Positions 8,474-15,971 of a stretch of 38,632 bases of DNA are shown piece by piece (the stretch's first letter is position 1; each line of letters opens with the position of its first letter). The notes beneath the pieces are model-generated. The model saw only the letters and a list, made by a program, of their open reading frames with translations, was not told the DNA's origin and did no database searches. The position numbers were made by a program, and so were the translations under genes. Source of the stretch: a virus; the IMG/VR virus record IMGVR_UViG_3300009838_000011, positions 1 to 38,632 of that record; one strand, 5' to 3'.

Positions 8474-8808
8474 GCTATTCCTCCAGCTGATTTACGACCA
8501 GCTTCAAACTGTTTAACAATATCTTCTTCTTTTTTAGAAATCTTATCGCCTCGCTGATAATCAATCGTTGAAGCAGCACCAGCATAACACATCTTAACCA
8601 CTTCGGCTATTTCTTCCTCATTTAATTCTTTTTGACCTTTAACTGGCTTCATTACAATATAGGAAGAATAAAACTTTTCTCTAAAGAAAACATCCCAAAC
8701 AAACATTTCCTTACCAATCTTTCGGATTAAAATATGTCCGTCTTTATACTGAACAATTTGAAGTACCCTCATTAAACCATTTGATTGATTCTCTTTTTTT
8801 TTAGCCAT
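8470..8808 (-). CDS. Hypothetical protein
   Basis: 112-aa ORF, translationally coupled on both sides. Confidence 0.6.
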   Translation of the reverse strand: MAKKKENQSNGLMRVLQIVQYKDGHILIRKIGKEMFVWDVFFREKFYSSYIVMKPVKGQKELNEEEIAEVVKMCYAGAASTIDYQRGDKISKKEEDIVKQFEAGRKSAGGIA

Positions 8809-8809
8809 A

Positions 8810-9091
8810 TTAAAATCTCCCCTTCTTAGCTTTTAATTCATCATTATCTTCTAATTCTTCAGTTAATTTAATGATTTTAAGCCGGGTAGAGATAGGCTGT
8901 TTTTCCATCCACTGATCTTTTTCCATTCCAATATTTTCAACTTCAATCTCTAGTTTATATTTTTCTCCCACCTTCCAACCTTTAATAGCTGGAAAATCTT
9001 TTTCAGACAAACTAAATATAGGTGGCATTGGTGATGGTGAATCCATTAGCGGTTGTTTATCTTTAAAGACCACTGTTTTGCCTTTTATCAT
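8810..9091 (-). CDS. Hypothetical protein
   Basis: 93-aa ORF whose start is fused to the GTATAATTAATTATG box. Confidence 0.6.
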   Translation of the reverse strand: MIKGKTVVFKDKQPLMDSPSPMPPIFSLSEKDFPAIKGWKVGEKYKLEIEVENIGMEKDQWMEKQPISTRLKIIKLTEELEDNDELKAKKGRF

Positions 9092-9102
9092 AATTAATTA
9101 TA
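9089..9102 (-). promoter_or_regulatory. TATAATTAATTAT box fused to ATG
   Basis: The minus strand reads GTATAATTAATTATG, with no SD. Confidence 0.4.
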
Positions 9103-9112
9103 CTGTAATTTA

Positions 9113-9328
9113 TTAACTTAAATCAATTTCAGTATCTTCTTCAATCAGTTCACTAAGTTGTGGTTCAATTCTAACTACTACTCCACTAACTTTATGGACC
9201 ACAATTTTACCAAAAGCATACTTCCTTAATTTTTGAAGCAAAATAGCTTCCCTACGAGTAATAGTTACCTCAACATTTTTTTCTGGTTTAAATGGTTTAA
9301 ATGTTTCTTTATCTTCCATATGGATCAT
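9113..9328 (-). CDS. Hypothetical protein
   Basis: 71-aa ORF overlapping the terL 3' end by 20 nt. Confidence 0.5.
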   Translation of the reverse strand: MIHMEDKETFKPFKPEKNVEVTITRREAILLQKLRKYAFGKIVVHKVSGVVVRIEPQLSELIEEDTEIDLS

Positions 9329-10655
9329 CGTTTGGTTTACTACTAACAGTAGTATTGGTTATCTTATTAATTATATCCTGATGAGCTACCGCAAAATAGC
9401 GGAATGAATCAGCAGCATGGCTAGACCAATCATGCTCCGGATGAGATTTATAAACCTGATTCTTTTCATCCCACTCTTTATGATAACTCATTAAACCATC
9501 CAAACCCTTCTCACACTTAACTTTATCAAACCAACATCGATTTAAAATATTTCTAGCTGACTGAATCCCATTGTCTAATCCTACATCTGGCACAATCTCT
9601 AATGGCTTTAAACCTAAACTCTCGGCTACTTCTAGTCTTGATTTACCAGTTCCAATTTCTCTAACCTTTCCATCATGCGGCCAATAACTTGCTCCATAAA
9701 CATAAGGCTTTTTAAATAATTCTTGAATATAATAATTAACTCCTTCACCTGAACCCTCTAAATATTCAATCAAATGAATTTCTTTACCAGCTCTCTGAAC
9801 AAACCAAATCGTCATAGAATCATCCATACCCAAATCCCAATAAGTATCGACCTTAGCATTCATATCATAAGGCACAGAAGTAATCCGACCCTCTCTTTCG
9901 GCTTGTAATAACTGAGCCGCATAATAAGCTCCCTGTATTGGCACTTCAAAAGAACACATATATTCCTGTTGATAAAAAGCATCATTACCATCTCTTCTAA
10001 TTATCTCCTCTCTCTCTTGCGCTAATTTCTCATAAGAAATAGCATGAGTATCTTCCACTGTACTAACTTGGCAATACCAAATATCCGGATAAGCTAAAGC
10101 AGTTTTATATGTACTAAAGCCATGATTTTTACCTCTTGGGGTATAAATAAAGATAGCCACTCCATCATTTTCTGCTAAAATTGGAGATAAATAATTCCAT
10201 GCCGCCGGAGATTGTAAGGACCATTCGGAAAAGACAACCATCACTGGATTAGACCCGACAATCGAATCAATATTATCAGAACCAATAACCTGAAAAATTG
10301 AACCATTATTTAATTCAATTAACATTTCCCCGTTATCAGTTCTCTTCCTTAATTCTTTAGGTATATGGTCCGTAAATTTAAAACCATCCTTATCCATACC
10401 ATTCCAAATAACTTTTTTACCTTGTTTATAAGTAGGAAATACATAAAAGTATGCTCCCACCCGCTCCATCATCGACTTAGCAATGTAATTGATCATGGTT
10501 TTATCTTTTCCACTTCGCCTATGAGATACCCACACCGCCCTCTTATATCCATTATCCAAAGCCTTTAAAATAGGTAATTGATAAGGTCTTGGCTCAAATT
10601 TATAGGGAAGAGTTATATCCTCACCTTTAATAAAATTATTGTTTAATATCGCCAT
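9309..10655 (-). CDS. terL: Terminase large subunit
   Basis: 448-aa ORF. Walker A-like VWVSHRRSGKDKT, Walker B-like VMVVFSEWS, and nuclease-half strings YWDLGMDDSMTIWFVQ, WPHDG and DWSSHAADSFRYFAV are all typical of terminase ATPase-nuclease proteins. Confidence 0.9.
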   Translation of the reverse strand: MAILNNNFIKGEDITLPYKFEPRPYQLPILKALDNGYKRAVWVSHRRSGKDKTMINYIAKSMMERVGAYFYVFPTYKQGKKVIWNGMDKDGFKFTDHIPKELRKRTDNGEMLIELNNGSIFQVIGSDNIDSIVGSNPVMVVFSEWSLQSPAAWNYLSPILAENDGVAIFIYTPRGKNHGFSTYKTALAYPDIWYCQVSTVEDTHAISYEKLAQEREEIIRRDGNDAFYQQEYMCSFEVPIQGAYYAAQLLQAEREGRITSVPYDMNAKVDTYWDLGMDDSMTIWFVQRAGKEIHLIEYLEGSGEGVNYYIQELFKKPYVYGASYWPHDGKVREIGTGKSRLEVAESLGLKPLEIVPDVGLDNGIQSARNILNRCWFDKVKCEKGLDGLMSYHKEWDEKNQVYKSHPEHDWSSHAADSFRYFAVAHQDIINKITNTTVSSKPNDDPYGR

Positions 10656-11136
10656 AATTTATTACCTTTACTCCAGTAATTTTATGTTCTTGTTTTTCCG
10701 GAGCATAATTACCCTTAATCTTATTAAACATATCTATTGCTGCCTTTCGACTATTACCATCCGGCGACCAAAAATAAACTGTCACAAAATTATCTGTTTT
10801 AAATCTTAAAATCTTTCTTACCTTACATCCACCCACACTTTCCACAATTTCAGTAATTTCTTTATCATTCAATTTAGCATCCATTTTATAAGAATCAAGT
10901 TTAGCCGCATTTAATAAATCTTTGTGAGCTTTAGCCACCATATCGTCTGGCATATATTCACTTAATAATTCTATAAAACCTTTACTCTCAGTAACCTTAG
11001 TAGGTGATTCAGAAACAGAATCAGTATATCCAGCTGCCCTTAAAATCTTACCAATCGTTACATTTTTCTGTCCTTTGGAATTTCTGACAATTTCTGCTAT
11101 TTTTTTAACTGCTATTAGTTGTCTAGTTGTTGCCAT
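10636..11136 (-). CDS. terS: Terminase small subunit (putative)
   Basis: 166-aa ORF directly upstream of terL and overlapping it. It has an N-terminal HTH-like segment (...NVTIGKILRAAGYTDSVSESP...). Confidence 0.55.
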   Translation of the reverse strand: MATTRQLIAVKKIAEIVRNSKGQKNVTIGKILRAAGYTDSVSESPTKVTESKGFIELLSEYMPDDMVAKAHKDLLNAAKLDSYKMDAKLNDKEITEIVESVGGCKVRKILRFKTDNFVTVYFWSPDGNSRKAAIDMFNKIKGNYAPEKQEHKITGVKVINYGDIKQ

Positions 11137-11166
11137 AATTATATTTCGGTTATTCCGATAATAAAC

Positions 11167-11179
11167 ATAATTAATTATA
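11167..11179 (-). promoter_or_regulatory. TATAATTAATTAT box upstream of terS (followed by a 9-codon mini-ORF)
   Basis: The minus strand reads CTATAATTAATTATGTTTATTATCGGAATAACCGAAATATAA, then the terS ATG. Confidence 0.35.
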
Positions 11180-11186
11180 GCTTATT

Positions 11187-11570
11187 TTAAGTCTCAATGA
11201 ATTTACACATCTTTCGATTCTTTATTTTATTCATCATCATTTTCTTTTTTAGCTTATAAACATCAGTAAGTTTTCCTTTAACATCTTCAATCACTAATAC
11301 TTCATCTTCCATATAAGTAAAATCAGCAAAATAACAGATAGGTCTAATCTTTTCATGACCATACCAAAATCCCTTAACTAAGACAAATTTTACTTGTTGT
11401 TTTAAACGACTAATTACTCCACCCTTAACTAAAAGATTCAGCTCATCGCATCTCATAGCCTCTTTTTTTGAATCATGGAGGTGTTTTTTGGCACATCTGG
11501 TCTTTTTAGCTCCATATTTGTTTTTTCCAGCTATTTGTTTTTTATATTCTTCAACACTCATTTCTATCAT
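11187..11570 (-). CDS. DUF1064-family nuclease-like protein (Holliday-junction-resolvase fold)
   Basis: 127-aa ORF with KNKYGAKKT...HDSKKEAMRCDELNLL...YFADFTY...VIEDVKGKLTDVYKLKKK, matching the conserved DUF1064 pattern. Confidence 0.8.
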   Translation of the reverse strand: MIEMSVEEYKKQIAGKNKYGAKKTRCAKKHLHDSKKEAMRCDELNLLVKGGVISRLKQQVKFVLVKGFWYGHEKIRPICYFADFTYMEDEVLVIEDVKGKLTDVYKLKKKMMMNKIKNRKMCKFIET

Positions 11571-11625
11571 GGTGGGAGGTGGCGGACTCGAACCGCCTCT
11601 ACCGTCGTAGATACCATTAACTCCC
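11570..11625 (-). ncRNA. Orphan tRNA 3' module: variable-arm-like hairpin, T arm, acceptor 3' strand and CCA (not a complete tRNA)
   Basis: The minus strand reads GGGAGUU-AAUGGUA-UCUAC GACG GUAGA-GGCGG UUCGAGU CCGCC-ACCUCCC-A-CCA. The T loop UUCGAGU is canonical. No D arm or anticodon arm can be drawn. The final A is the A of the DUF1064 ATG. Confidence 0.6.
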
Positions 11626-11786
11626 TAAAAAAATAACAGGTGAAAAACAACTGTACTCATGGCTGTCGGTGATTGGCCATTTGGCACGAACCGGCAGCGG
11701 GGCAGGGTACAAAAGTTTTCCCTAACCTGAAGTATAAAAAGTAGATAATTAGACTTCTAGTTATTGCCTGTTAAACAAAGTTACAC

Positions 11787-11963
11787 CTATTCTACTGACT
11801 TAGCAATAGTTTGTATTTTGTTTTTTAAATCAATCAACTGATTATGGACCAAATCATTTCGATCCAACTCAGTTCCCGCTTTTTTATCCATTAATTCACA
11901 TACCGCTTGGTAAAGCAAACCAAGTTCTCCTCTAGTTATTATTATCTTTATTTCTTCATCCAT
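11787..11963 (-). CDS. Hypothetical mini-protein (58 aa, below the ORF-track cutoff)
   Basis: Hand translation gives MDEEIKIIITRGELGLLYQAVCELMDKKAGTELDRNDLVHNQLIDLKNKIQTIAKSVE*. The ATG lies 1 nt after the upstream stop. Confidence 0.45.
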   Translation of the reverse strand: MDEEIKIIITRGELGLLYQAVCELMDKKAGTELDRNDLVHNQLIDLKNKIQTIAKSVE

Positions 11964-11964
11964 G

Positions 11965-12333
11965 TTAAAAACCTCTCATTCGGCGATTATAATCATTAAG
12001 TGGATCTTCTCTATTCATTCTTTCTCTTCTAATCTCTTCTAATTTACCCAACTTATCAGCCGGAACAGTCAATAATTCAATAATTTCTTTTAACCATTGG
12101 TTTTCTAGCATTATTGGTCTTGGCACACATTCATAATTAGAAATGATTTTATTATATTTAGATTCAACATCATCAAATTTTTCATTCAAAGTATCATATC
12201 TACCTTTCCAATATTGAATTTGTGATTGTGATTCACCCAATGATTGTTTTAACAAAGCGGCAGTATTACGCCACTTATCAAGTAATGATATTTTTTTAGT
12301 TAGTTTTTTAGTTTTCTTTTTTATTGGTTTCAT
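11965..12333 (-). CDS. Hypothetical protein (coiled-coil-like)
   Basis: 122-aa ORF in the early module. Confidence 0.6.
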   Translation of the reverse strand: MKPIKKKTKKLTKKISLLDKWRNTAALLKQSLGESQSQIQYWKGRYDTLNEKFDDVESKYNKIISNYECVPRPIMLENQWLKEIIELLTVPADKLGKLEEIRRERMNREDPLNDYNRRMRGF

Positions 12334-12335
12334 AA

Positions 12336-12464
12336 CTATTCTCTATCCATATCGTTTCTGCTCACCTTAGCGGTCTTAGAAACAACTTTGATAGTTTCCA
12401 CTAAACTATTAATTAAAAACTCTATTATGCCTTTATGGGAGCTATTAGCCCTTATATCAAGCAT
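12336..12464 (-). CDS. Possible mini-protein (42 aa)
   Basis: Hand translation gives MLDIRANSSHKGIIEFLINSLVETIKVVSKTAKVSRNDMDRE*. The stop is followed 2 nt later by the next ATG. No SD. Confidence 0.3.
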   Translation of the reverse strand: MLDIRANSSHKGIIEFLINSLVETIKVVSKTAKVSRNDMDRE

Positions 12465-12483
12465 ATAGACTTTGCTATATTTT

Positions 12484-12669
12484 TTACTTGCCATTATTTT
12501 CCTTTTTTAAAATATTAATTAAACCAGTCATAATATTAAAACAATTTATCTCTAATTTGGTTTTATCCGATCCGGTAGTAATCTGAAAATCTCCATGACC
12601 GGTTTTTTTAATACCAATCATTACCGGTCCATGCTTTTGAATAACAGCTTCAATTAATTTATTAATCAT
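12484..12669 (-). CDS. Hypothetical protein
   Basis: 61-aa ORF with GGAGG SD and a TAATG overlap with the upstream zinc-ribbon ORF. Confidence 0.6.
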   Translation of the reverse strand: MINKLIEAVIQKHGPVMIGIKKTGHGDFQITTGSDKTKLEINCFNIMTGLINILKKENNGK

Positions 12670-12806
12670 TATTTTCCTCCTTTAATTTCCCTTCTTGGAG
12701 TATTCCAATAAGGGCTTTTACAATGAGGACACACTCTTGGTTTCTCTGTTCTAGCGACCCATTCATAAAGGCATCGCTTACAGGTTAATTTTTTTAGTTT
12801 GATCAT
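12669..12806 (-). CDS. Zinc-ribbon mini-protein (45 aa, below the ORF-track cutoff)
   Basis: Hand translation gives MIKLKKLTCKRCLYEWVARTEKPRVCPHCKSPYWNTPRREIKGGK*. It has CxxC...CxxC and a TAATG coupling to the next gene, and overlaps the 3' end of ORF 12778-13032 in another frame. Confidence 0.6.
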   Translation of the reverse strand: MIKLKKLTCKRCLYEWVARTEKPRVCPHCKSPYWNTPRREIKGGK

Positions 12807-13032
12807 GCTTTTTATTAACCAATAACATTACTGCCGATAGATTTTTCTTATCCTTCGCACTAGCCGAAGCATAAGCCCTCTTAACTCTTTTATCGTCTCT
12901 TAGAGTATGGGTATTAACAATAACATTCCCTTTCTTATCAATACCTCTTCGGGTTTCCCATTGTTGGCCGGTTTTATCCATTCCCTCATTCTTCAAGAAT
13001 CGGTTTATTAATTTAGCTTTCTTTTGGCTCAT
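12778..13032 (-). CDS. Hypothetical basic protein
   Basis: 84-aa K/R-rich ORF with an ATGA overlap upstream. Confidence 0.55.
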   Translation of the reverse strand: MSQKKAKLINRFLKNEGMDKTGQQWETRRGIDKKGNVIVNTHTLRDDKRVKRAYASASAKDKKNLSAVMLLVNKKHDQTKKINL

Positions 13033-13193
13033 TGTTTAATCTCCTTAAATTTAATAACTGGTTTATAAACCTTAATCACTTCAAACAGTCTAGTATTTTG
13101 GACCAACTGACCGCCATTCATATAACCGGTGGCCTTATCCTCTGCCTCTTTCTTTGAATCAAAGGCTTTACTCGATAAAACAAATTTTTTCAT
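13029..13193 (-). CDS. Hypothetical mini-protein (54 aa, below the ORF-track cutoff)
   Basis: Hand translation gives MKKFVLSSKAFDSKKEAEDKATGYMNGGQLVQNTRLFEVIKVYKPVIKFKEIKQ*. ATGA overlaps at both ends and GGAGG upstream. Confidence 0.6.
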   Translation of the reverse strand: MKKFVLSSKAFDSKKEAEDKATGYMNGGQLVQNTRLFEVIKVYKPVIKFKEIKQ

Positions 13194-13465
13194 ATATTTA
13201 AACCTCCACTTTTAATAAACTCTAATTTTTCTTTTTTAGTTTCAAAAATATTTCTTCTAGTAATATTGATATTGTCAATCTTATCCATATTAATAAATTT
13301 AATTTCTTCAGTAGTTTCCATATCTCCAACCTTCTTCTTTTCAACATAGTAAAAGATTGTGCCACCATTACTTGTACCGTATTCGGAACAATTTTTAATA
13401 ATATCTGTTCCACCACCATTACTAACTGATTTATAAACTATCTCTATATCGTATTTTGTTTTCAT
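13190..13465 (-). CDS. Hypothetical protein
   Basis: 91-aa ORF. Confidence 0.6.
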   Translation of the reverse strand: MKTKYDIEIVYKSVSNGGGTDIIKNCSEYGTSNGGTIFYYVEKKKVGDMETTEEIKFINMDKIDNINITRRNIFETKKEKLEFIKSGGLNI

Positions 13466-13480
13466 AATTTTAATTAATAA

Positions 13481-13729
13481 TTAATCGTGAAAGTCAATTT
13501 TTTCTTTATACCCATCTTTGGGCTTTCTTAAGTTATTAATCTGATAACCATATTCAGTTTCATCATTTTGATTAGCCCATCCAATTGCCTCCTCTAATGA
13601 ATCAAAAACCTTAGTGGTATTTTGTAAAGTTAAAGGCTCATTTATTATTGCTTCTTCAGCATTTAAATTATCCCAAAGATAAACCTTATCACCAACCTTA
13701 ATAATTGACATGTAATTATTTGCGCTCAT
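13481..13729 (-). CDS. Hypothetical protein
   Basis: 82-aa ORF with GAGGAAA SD. Confidence 0.6.
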   Translation of the reverse strand: MSANNYMSIIKVGDKVYLWDNLNAEEAIINEPLTLQNTTKVFDSLEEAIGWANQNDETEYGYQINNLRKPKDGYKEKIDFHD

Positions 13730-13730
13730 T

Positions 13731-13862
13731 TTATTTCCTCACAAAATTTAAAAATATTAATGCTGTAAAACAAAAAGTAACTACTACCGCAAACAAGGTA
13801 AAACCCTCCTCTTTGGAGATTATCCTTAAAGATCGCAGTATTAATTTATATATTTTTTTCAT
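13731..13862 (-). CDS. Single-TM mini-protein (43 aa, below the ORF-track cutoff)
   Basis: Hand translation gives MKKIYKLILRSLRIISKEEGFTLFAVVVTFCFTALIFLNFVRK*. ATGA overlap with the upstream gene. Confidence 0.5.
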   Translation of the reverse strand: MKKIYKLILRSLRIISKEEGFTLFAVVVTFCFTALIFLNFVRK

Positions 13863-14101
13863 CTTTCTAATAATTCTGATAACTGTTTTCTAATCTGACC
13901 ACCATCTGCCAATCCTTTTGTAATTGGTATATTAGGTATTATTTTTCTCAATTCAGTTTTCCACTCTTCATTATTCCTTCTTAAAGCCTCTTGACACAAT
14001 ACTCCGCCATTTTCTAACCCAGCATCCATTCCCGCCCTAAAACCTCTTTGAAATCGAGTAATACTAAAATAATCATTAAACCAATTTATTATTCTTTTCA
14101 T
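13859..14101 (-). CDS. Hypothetical protein
   Basis: 80-aa ORF with GGAGG SD and coupled starts and stops. Confidence 0.6.
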   Translation of the reverse strand: MKRIINWFNDYFSITRFQRGFRAGMDAGLENGGVLCQEALRRNNEEWKTELRKIIPNIPITKGLADGGQIRKQLSELLER

Positions 14102-14616
14102 ACCCCAACCTCCACCGGTAAACTAATAACTTTCTTTTTTCTCTCAATCTTCTTAAAATCACTTAAAGGAATAATTGCCACCTTCTTTCCGGATGGATTT
14201 ACCCAAATAGAGTTATATTCATTTCCTAGCCTTAGCGCTTCACTAGTATTAATCCGGTAATAAACCTTTTTATTATTCCCAATAAAAACCCGATAGTTCT
14301 CACACGATTCCAAAGCAGCCACCGCCAAACCTAATACCAATGTTTGCTTCCCTTCTTCAAATTGATTCATCTTAGAATAAAAAGGATGATTAACTGTATG
14401 GATTCTAGTTTTTCCCTTAGTTGTTTTAGTCATTGATAACTTAGGAATAGAATTAATCAAATCTAATAATTGCTCATTATTCATTCCGGTTATATTAAAG
14501 TAATAGCCTCTATCCTCTAATACCTTAAAATCAGTTCCTTGTTGCTGGTTACAAGCCAACATCCAATCAAACTTACTTTTAGTTATTTCTTTGTTTCTTA
14601 TATCTTTTAAGTTCAT
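14098..14616 (-). CDS. Hypothetical protein
   Basis: 172-aa ORF with GAGGAAA SD. Confidence 0.65.
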   Translation of the reverse strand: MNLKDIRNKEITKSKFDWMLACNQQQGTDFKVLEDRGYYFNITGMNNEQLLDLINSIPKLSMTKTTKGKTRIHTVNHPFYSKMNQFEEGKQTLVLGLAVAALESCENYRVFIGNNKKVYYRINTSEALRLGNEYNSIWVNPSGKKVAIIPLSDFKKIERKKKVISLPVEVGV

Positions 14617-14667
14617 AATTGTTTCCTCATTCGGTCCTAGTGAGTTCTAGGACCTATCAAGAGCCAA

Positions 14668-15363
14668 TTACTCATCATCAATGCTGTCTCTATCCAATGT
14701 ACCGGAATACTCATTTAAAACTGTTTTCATTGTCTCTAAATCCTCTTCATTAAATCCTTCATCTTCCACTTGGAAATCCATTACCCAATACTTCACCATC
14801 TGATCTTGACCATTAATATTCTTTTTAGTCTCCACCTTAGTTGTATTAATCACAATTGGATATTTCCAAATAGCATCAATCTTTCTTTGGTTTAAAGTGT
14901 TCATCATTCGACCAAAGTTAGAAAAAGAAGCCACACTAATATTCATTAAGAATGGCGACATAGTTTCCAAATTAACTCCTAAAATACCCAATGAGACATT
15001 TCTTTTACCTTGATATTCTTTAACTATTCTTTTAGCTCGAACAATACCACACCTCAACTCATCTACCGCTGTGCCAGTATCACCTTGATAGAATTGACCC
15101 GGATCAGCATCTTCTCCATCCTCACTTGTTTTAATATTAGTCGAACCCGGCTGGACCAACTTATAAAATGGTAGGGGAATAATATCGGTAGTTACCTCTT
15201 CCAACCCCTGAATTGAAGAATAATGTTTAACTGGAGTTAATTGAGTATGATGTTCCACTGTTGCTGGAGCAAATATCTCTTCGGCTGTTTCTGCTTGTTT
15301 ATCAGCCGCAATTTTATCTCTCACTTCTCTTGCTTTATCTATACCTGTTTTTTCTTCTGACAT
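14668..15363 (-). CDS. Hypothetical early protein with an acidic C-terminal tail (possible DNA-binding/SSB-like role, unverified)
   Basis: 231-aa ORF ending ...LDRDSIDDE. It is the largest early gene. No motif recognised. Confidence 0.55.
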   Translation of the reverse strand: MSEEKTGIDKAREVRDKIAADKQAETAEEIFAPATVEHHTQLTPVKHYSSIQGLEEVTTDIIPLPFYKLVQPGSTNIKTSEDGEDADPGQFYQGDTGTAVDELRCGIVRAKRIVKEYQGKRNVSLGILGVNLETMSPFLMNISVASFSNFGRMMNTLNQRKIDAIWKYPIVINTTKVETKKNINGQDQMVKYWVMDFQVEDEGFNEEDLETMKTVLNEYSGTLDRDSIDDE

Positions 15364-15378
15364 ATTTTTTTAAATAAA

Positions 15379-15567
15379 TTAATAATTAATAAAATTAACC
15401 ATAATCATTACTCCCCAATAAAATCCGATTGAAAAGAAACCTACCAAAGCACTTGCCCACTTCTTATTCTTCTTTCTCTTATAAATCAAATTAAATGCCA
15501 CCATCATCATTACCCAGCCTATGAATGGCGACATTAACATCATAGCTGCTATTAATACAAAAATCAT
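15379..15567 (-). CDS. Two-TM membrane mini-protein
   Basis: 62-aa ORF with two hydrophobic helices flanking KRKKNKK. Confidence 0.6.
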   Translation of the reverse strand: MIFVLIAAMMLMSPFIGWVMMMVAFNLIYKRKKNKKWASALVGFFSIGFYWGVMIMVNFINY

Positions 15568-15655
15568 ATAAGGTTTTTCCTTTAATGAATTAATAATTAT
15601 TTACCTGCTTAGAAGAAAATAGTAATTAACCTTAAAACTAACTACCATATTCTCT

Positions 15656-15738
15656 TCCAAGCCGGTAAGACTTGGATTTAGGCTGGTGAGCCATATCTCA
15701 CCATATCGAGTATTCCCGGAGCTATTGGTTTGCCTCCG
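15656..15738 (-). promoter_or_regulatory. Three consecutive stem-loops in the ~270-nt leader of ORF 15379-15567
   Basis: tccaag/cttgga (15656-15676), tggtgag/ctcacca (15684-15703) and cggag/ctccg (15717-15738). Confidence 0.4.
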
Positions 15739-15782
15739 ACACCTAAATTTTTAAAGTTCTCGTATTCCTCTTGCTTTGATAC

Positions 15783-15813
15783 TCATATATTATCATCATA
15801 TATTATCATCATA
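15783..15813 (-). repeat. Tandem 13-mer x2.4 (tcatatattatca); on the minus strand each unit carries an extended -10-like TGATAATAT
   Basis: Read directly at 15783-15795, 15796-15808 and partial 15809-15813. Confidence 0.8.
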
Positions 15814-15841
15814 CAAGATATCAAAATGGGTCAAATTAAAA

Positions 15842-15955
15842 TTACTTTTTCCGCTCAAATAAACCTCGCCTATGAATCCAATCAAAAAGATGTTTCCAAC
15901 ACCACCCAATACCCTCTACCGCTTCATTTAAACAACCATCAATTTTACATTTCAT
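15842..15955 (-). CDS. Cys/His mini-protein (37 aa, below the ORF-track cutoff)
   Basis: Hand translation gives MKCKIDGCLNEAVEGIGWCWKHLFDWIHRRGLFERKK*. The C-x4-C...C-x2-H layout (with a GC pair) resembles small zinc-binding modules seen next to phage HNH proteins. The ATG directly follows TTATAAT. Confidence 0.45.
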   Translation of the reverse strand: MKCKIDGCLNEAVEGIGWCWKHLFDWIHRRGLFERKK

Positions 15956-15957
15956 AT

Positions 15958-15971
15958 TATAATTAATTATT
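15958..15971 (+). promoter_or_regulatory. TATAATTAATTATT box directly upstream of the plus-strand tRNA (candidate -10 for the tRNA)
   Basis: The plus-strand TATAAT at 15958-15963 lies 8 nt before tRNA position 1. The box is near-palindromic and so reads TATAAT-like on both strands. Confidence 0.35.

Noticed and set aside
11570-11625. attP site of a temperate phage integrating into a tRNA gene
   Set aside because: No integrase, excisionase or repressor-like gene is recognisable anywhere in the complete genome. I keep it only as a possible evolutionary relic within the finding.
11570-11786. tmRNA, with the T arm plus acceptor-CCA as a tmRNA 3' end
   Set aside because: No GGGAGGU-type 5' acceptor partner, no resume codon/tag ORF and no pseudoknot series could be found in the 200-400 nt upstream. 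A permuted two-piece layout is excluded because a protein gene starts right at the CCA.
15656-15745. c-di-GMP-I (GEMM-I) riboswitch, suggested by GGCAAACC and CCUAAAU strings
   Set aside because: The conserved segments are in the wrong structural context: GGCAAACC lies inside a hairpin loop, there is no ACGCAAAGC element in the right order, and the tetraloop-receptor geometry is not satisfied. A covariance-model scan is needed before any such claim.
15730-15966. 78-aa plus-strand ORF in the non-coding region upstream of the tRNA
   Set aside because: It needs a TTG start, has no SD and is low complexity. It overlaps a more convincing minus-strand Cys/His mini-ORF (15842-15955) and the tandem promoter-like repeats.
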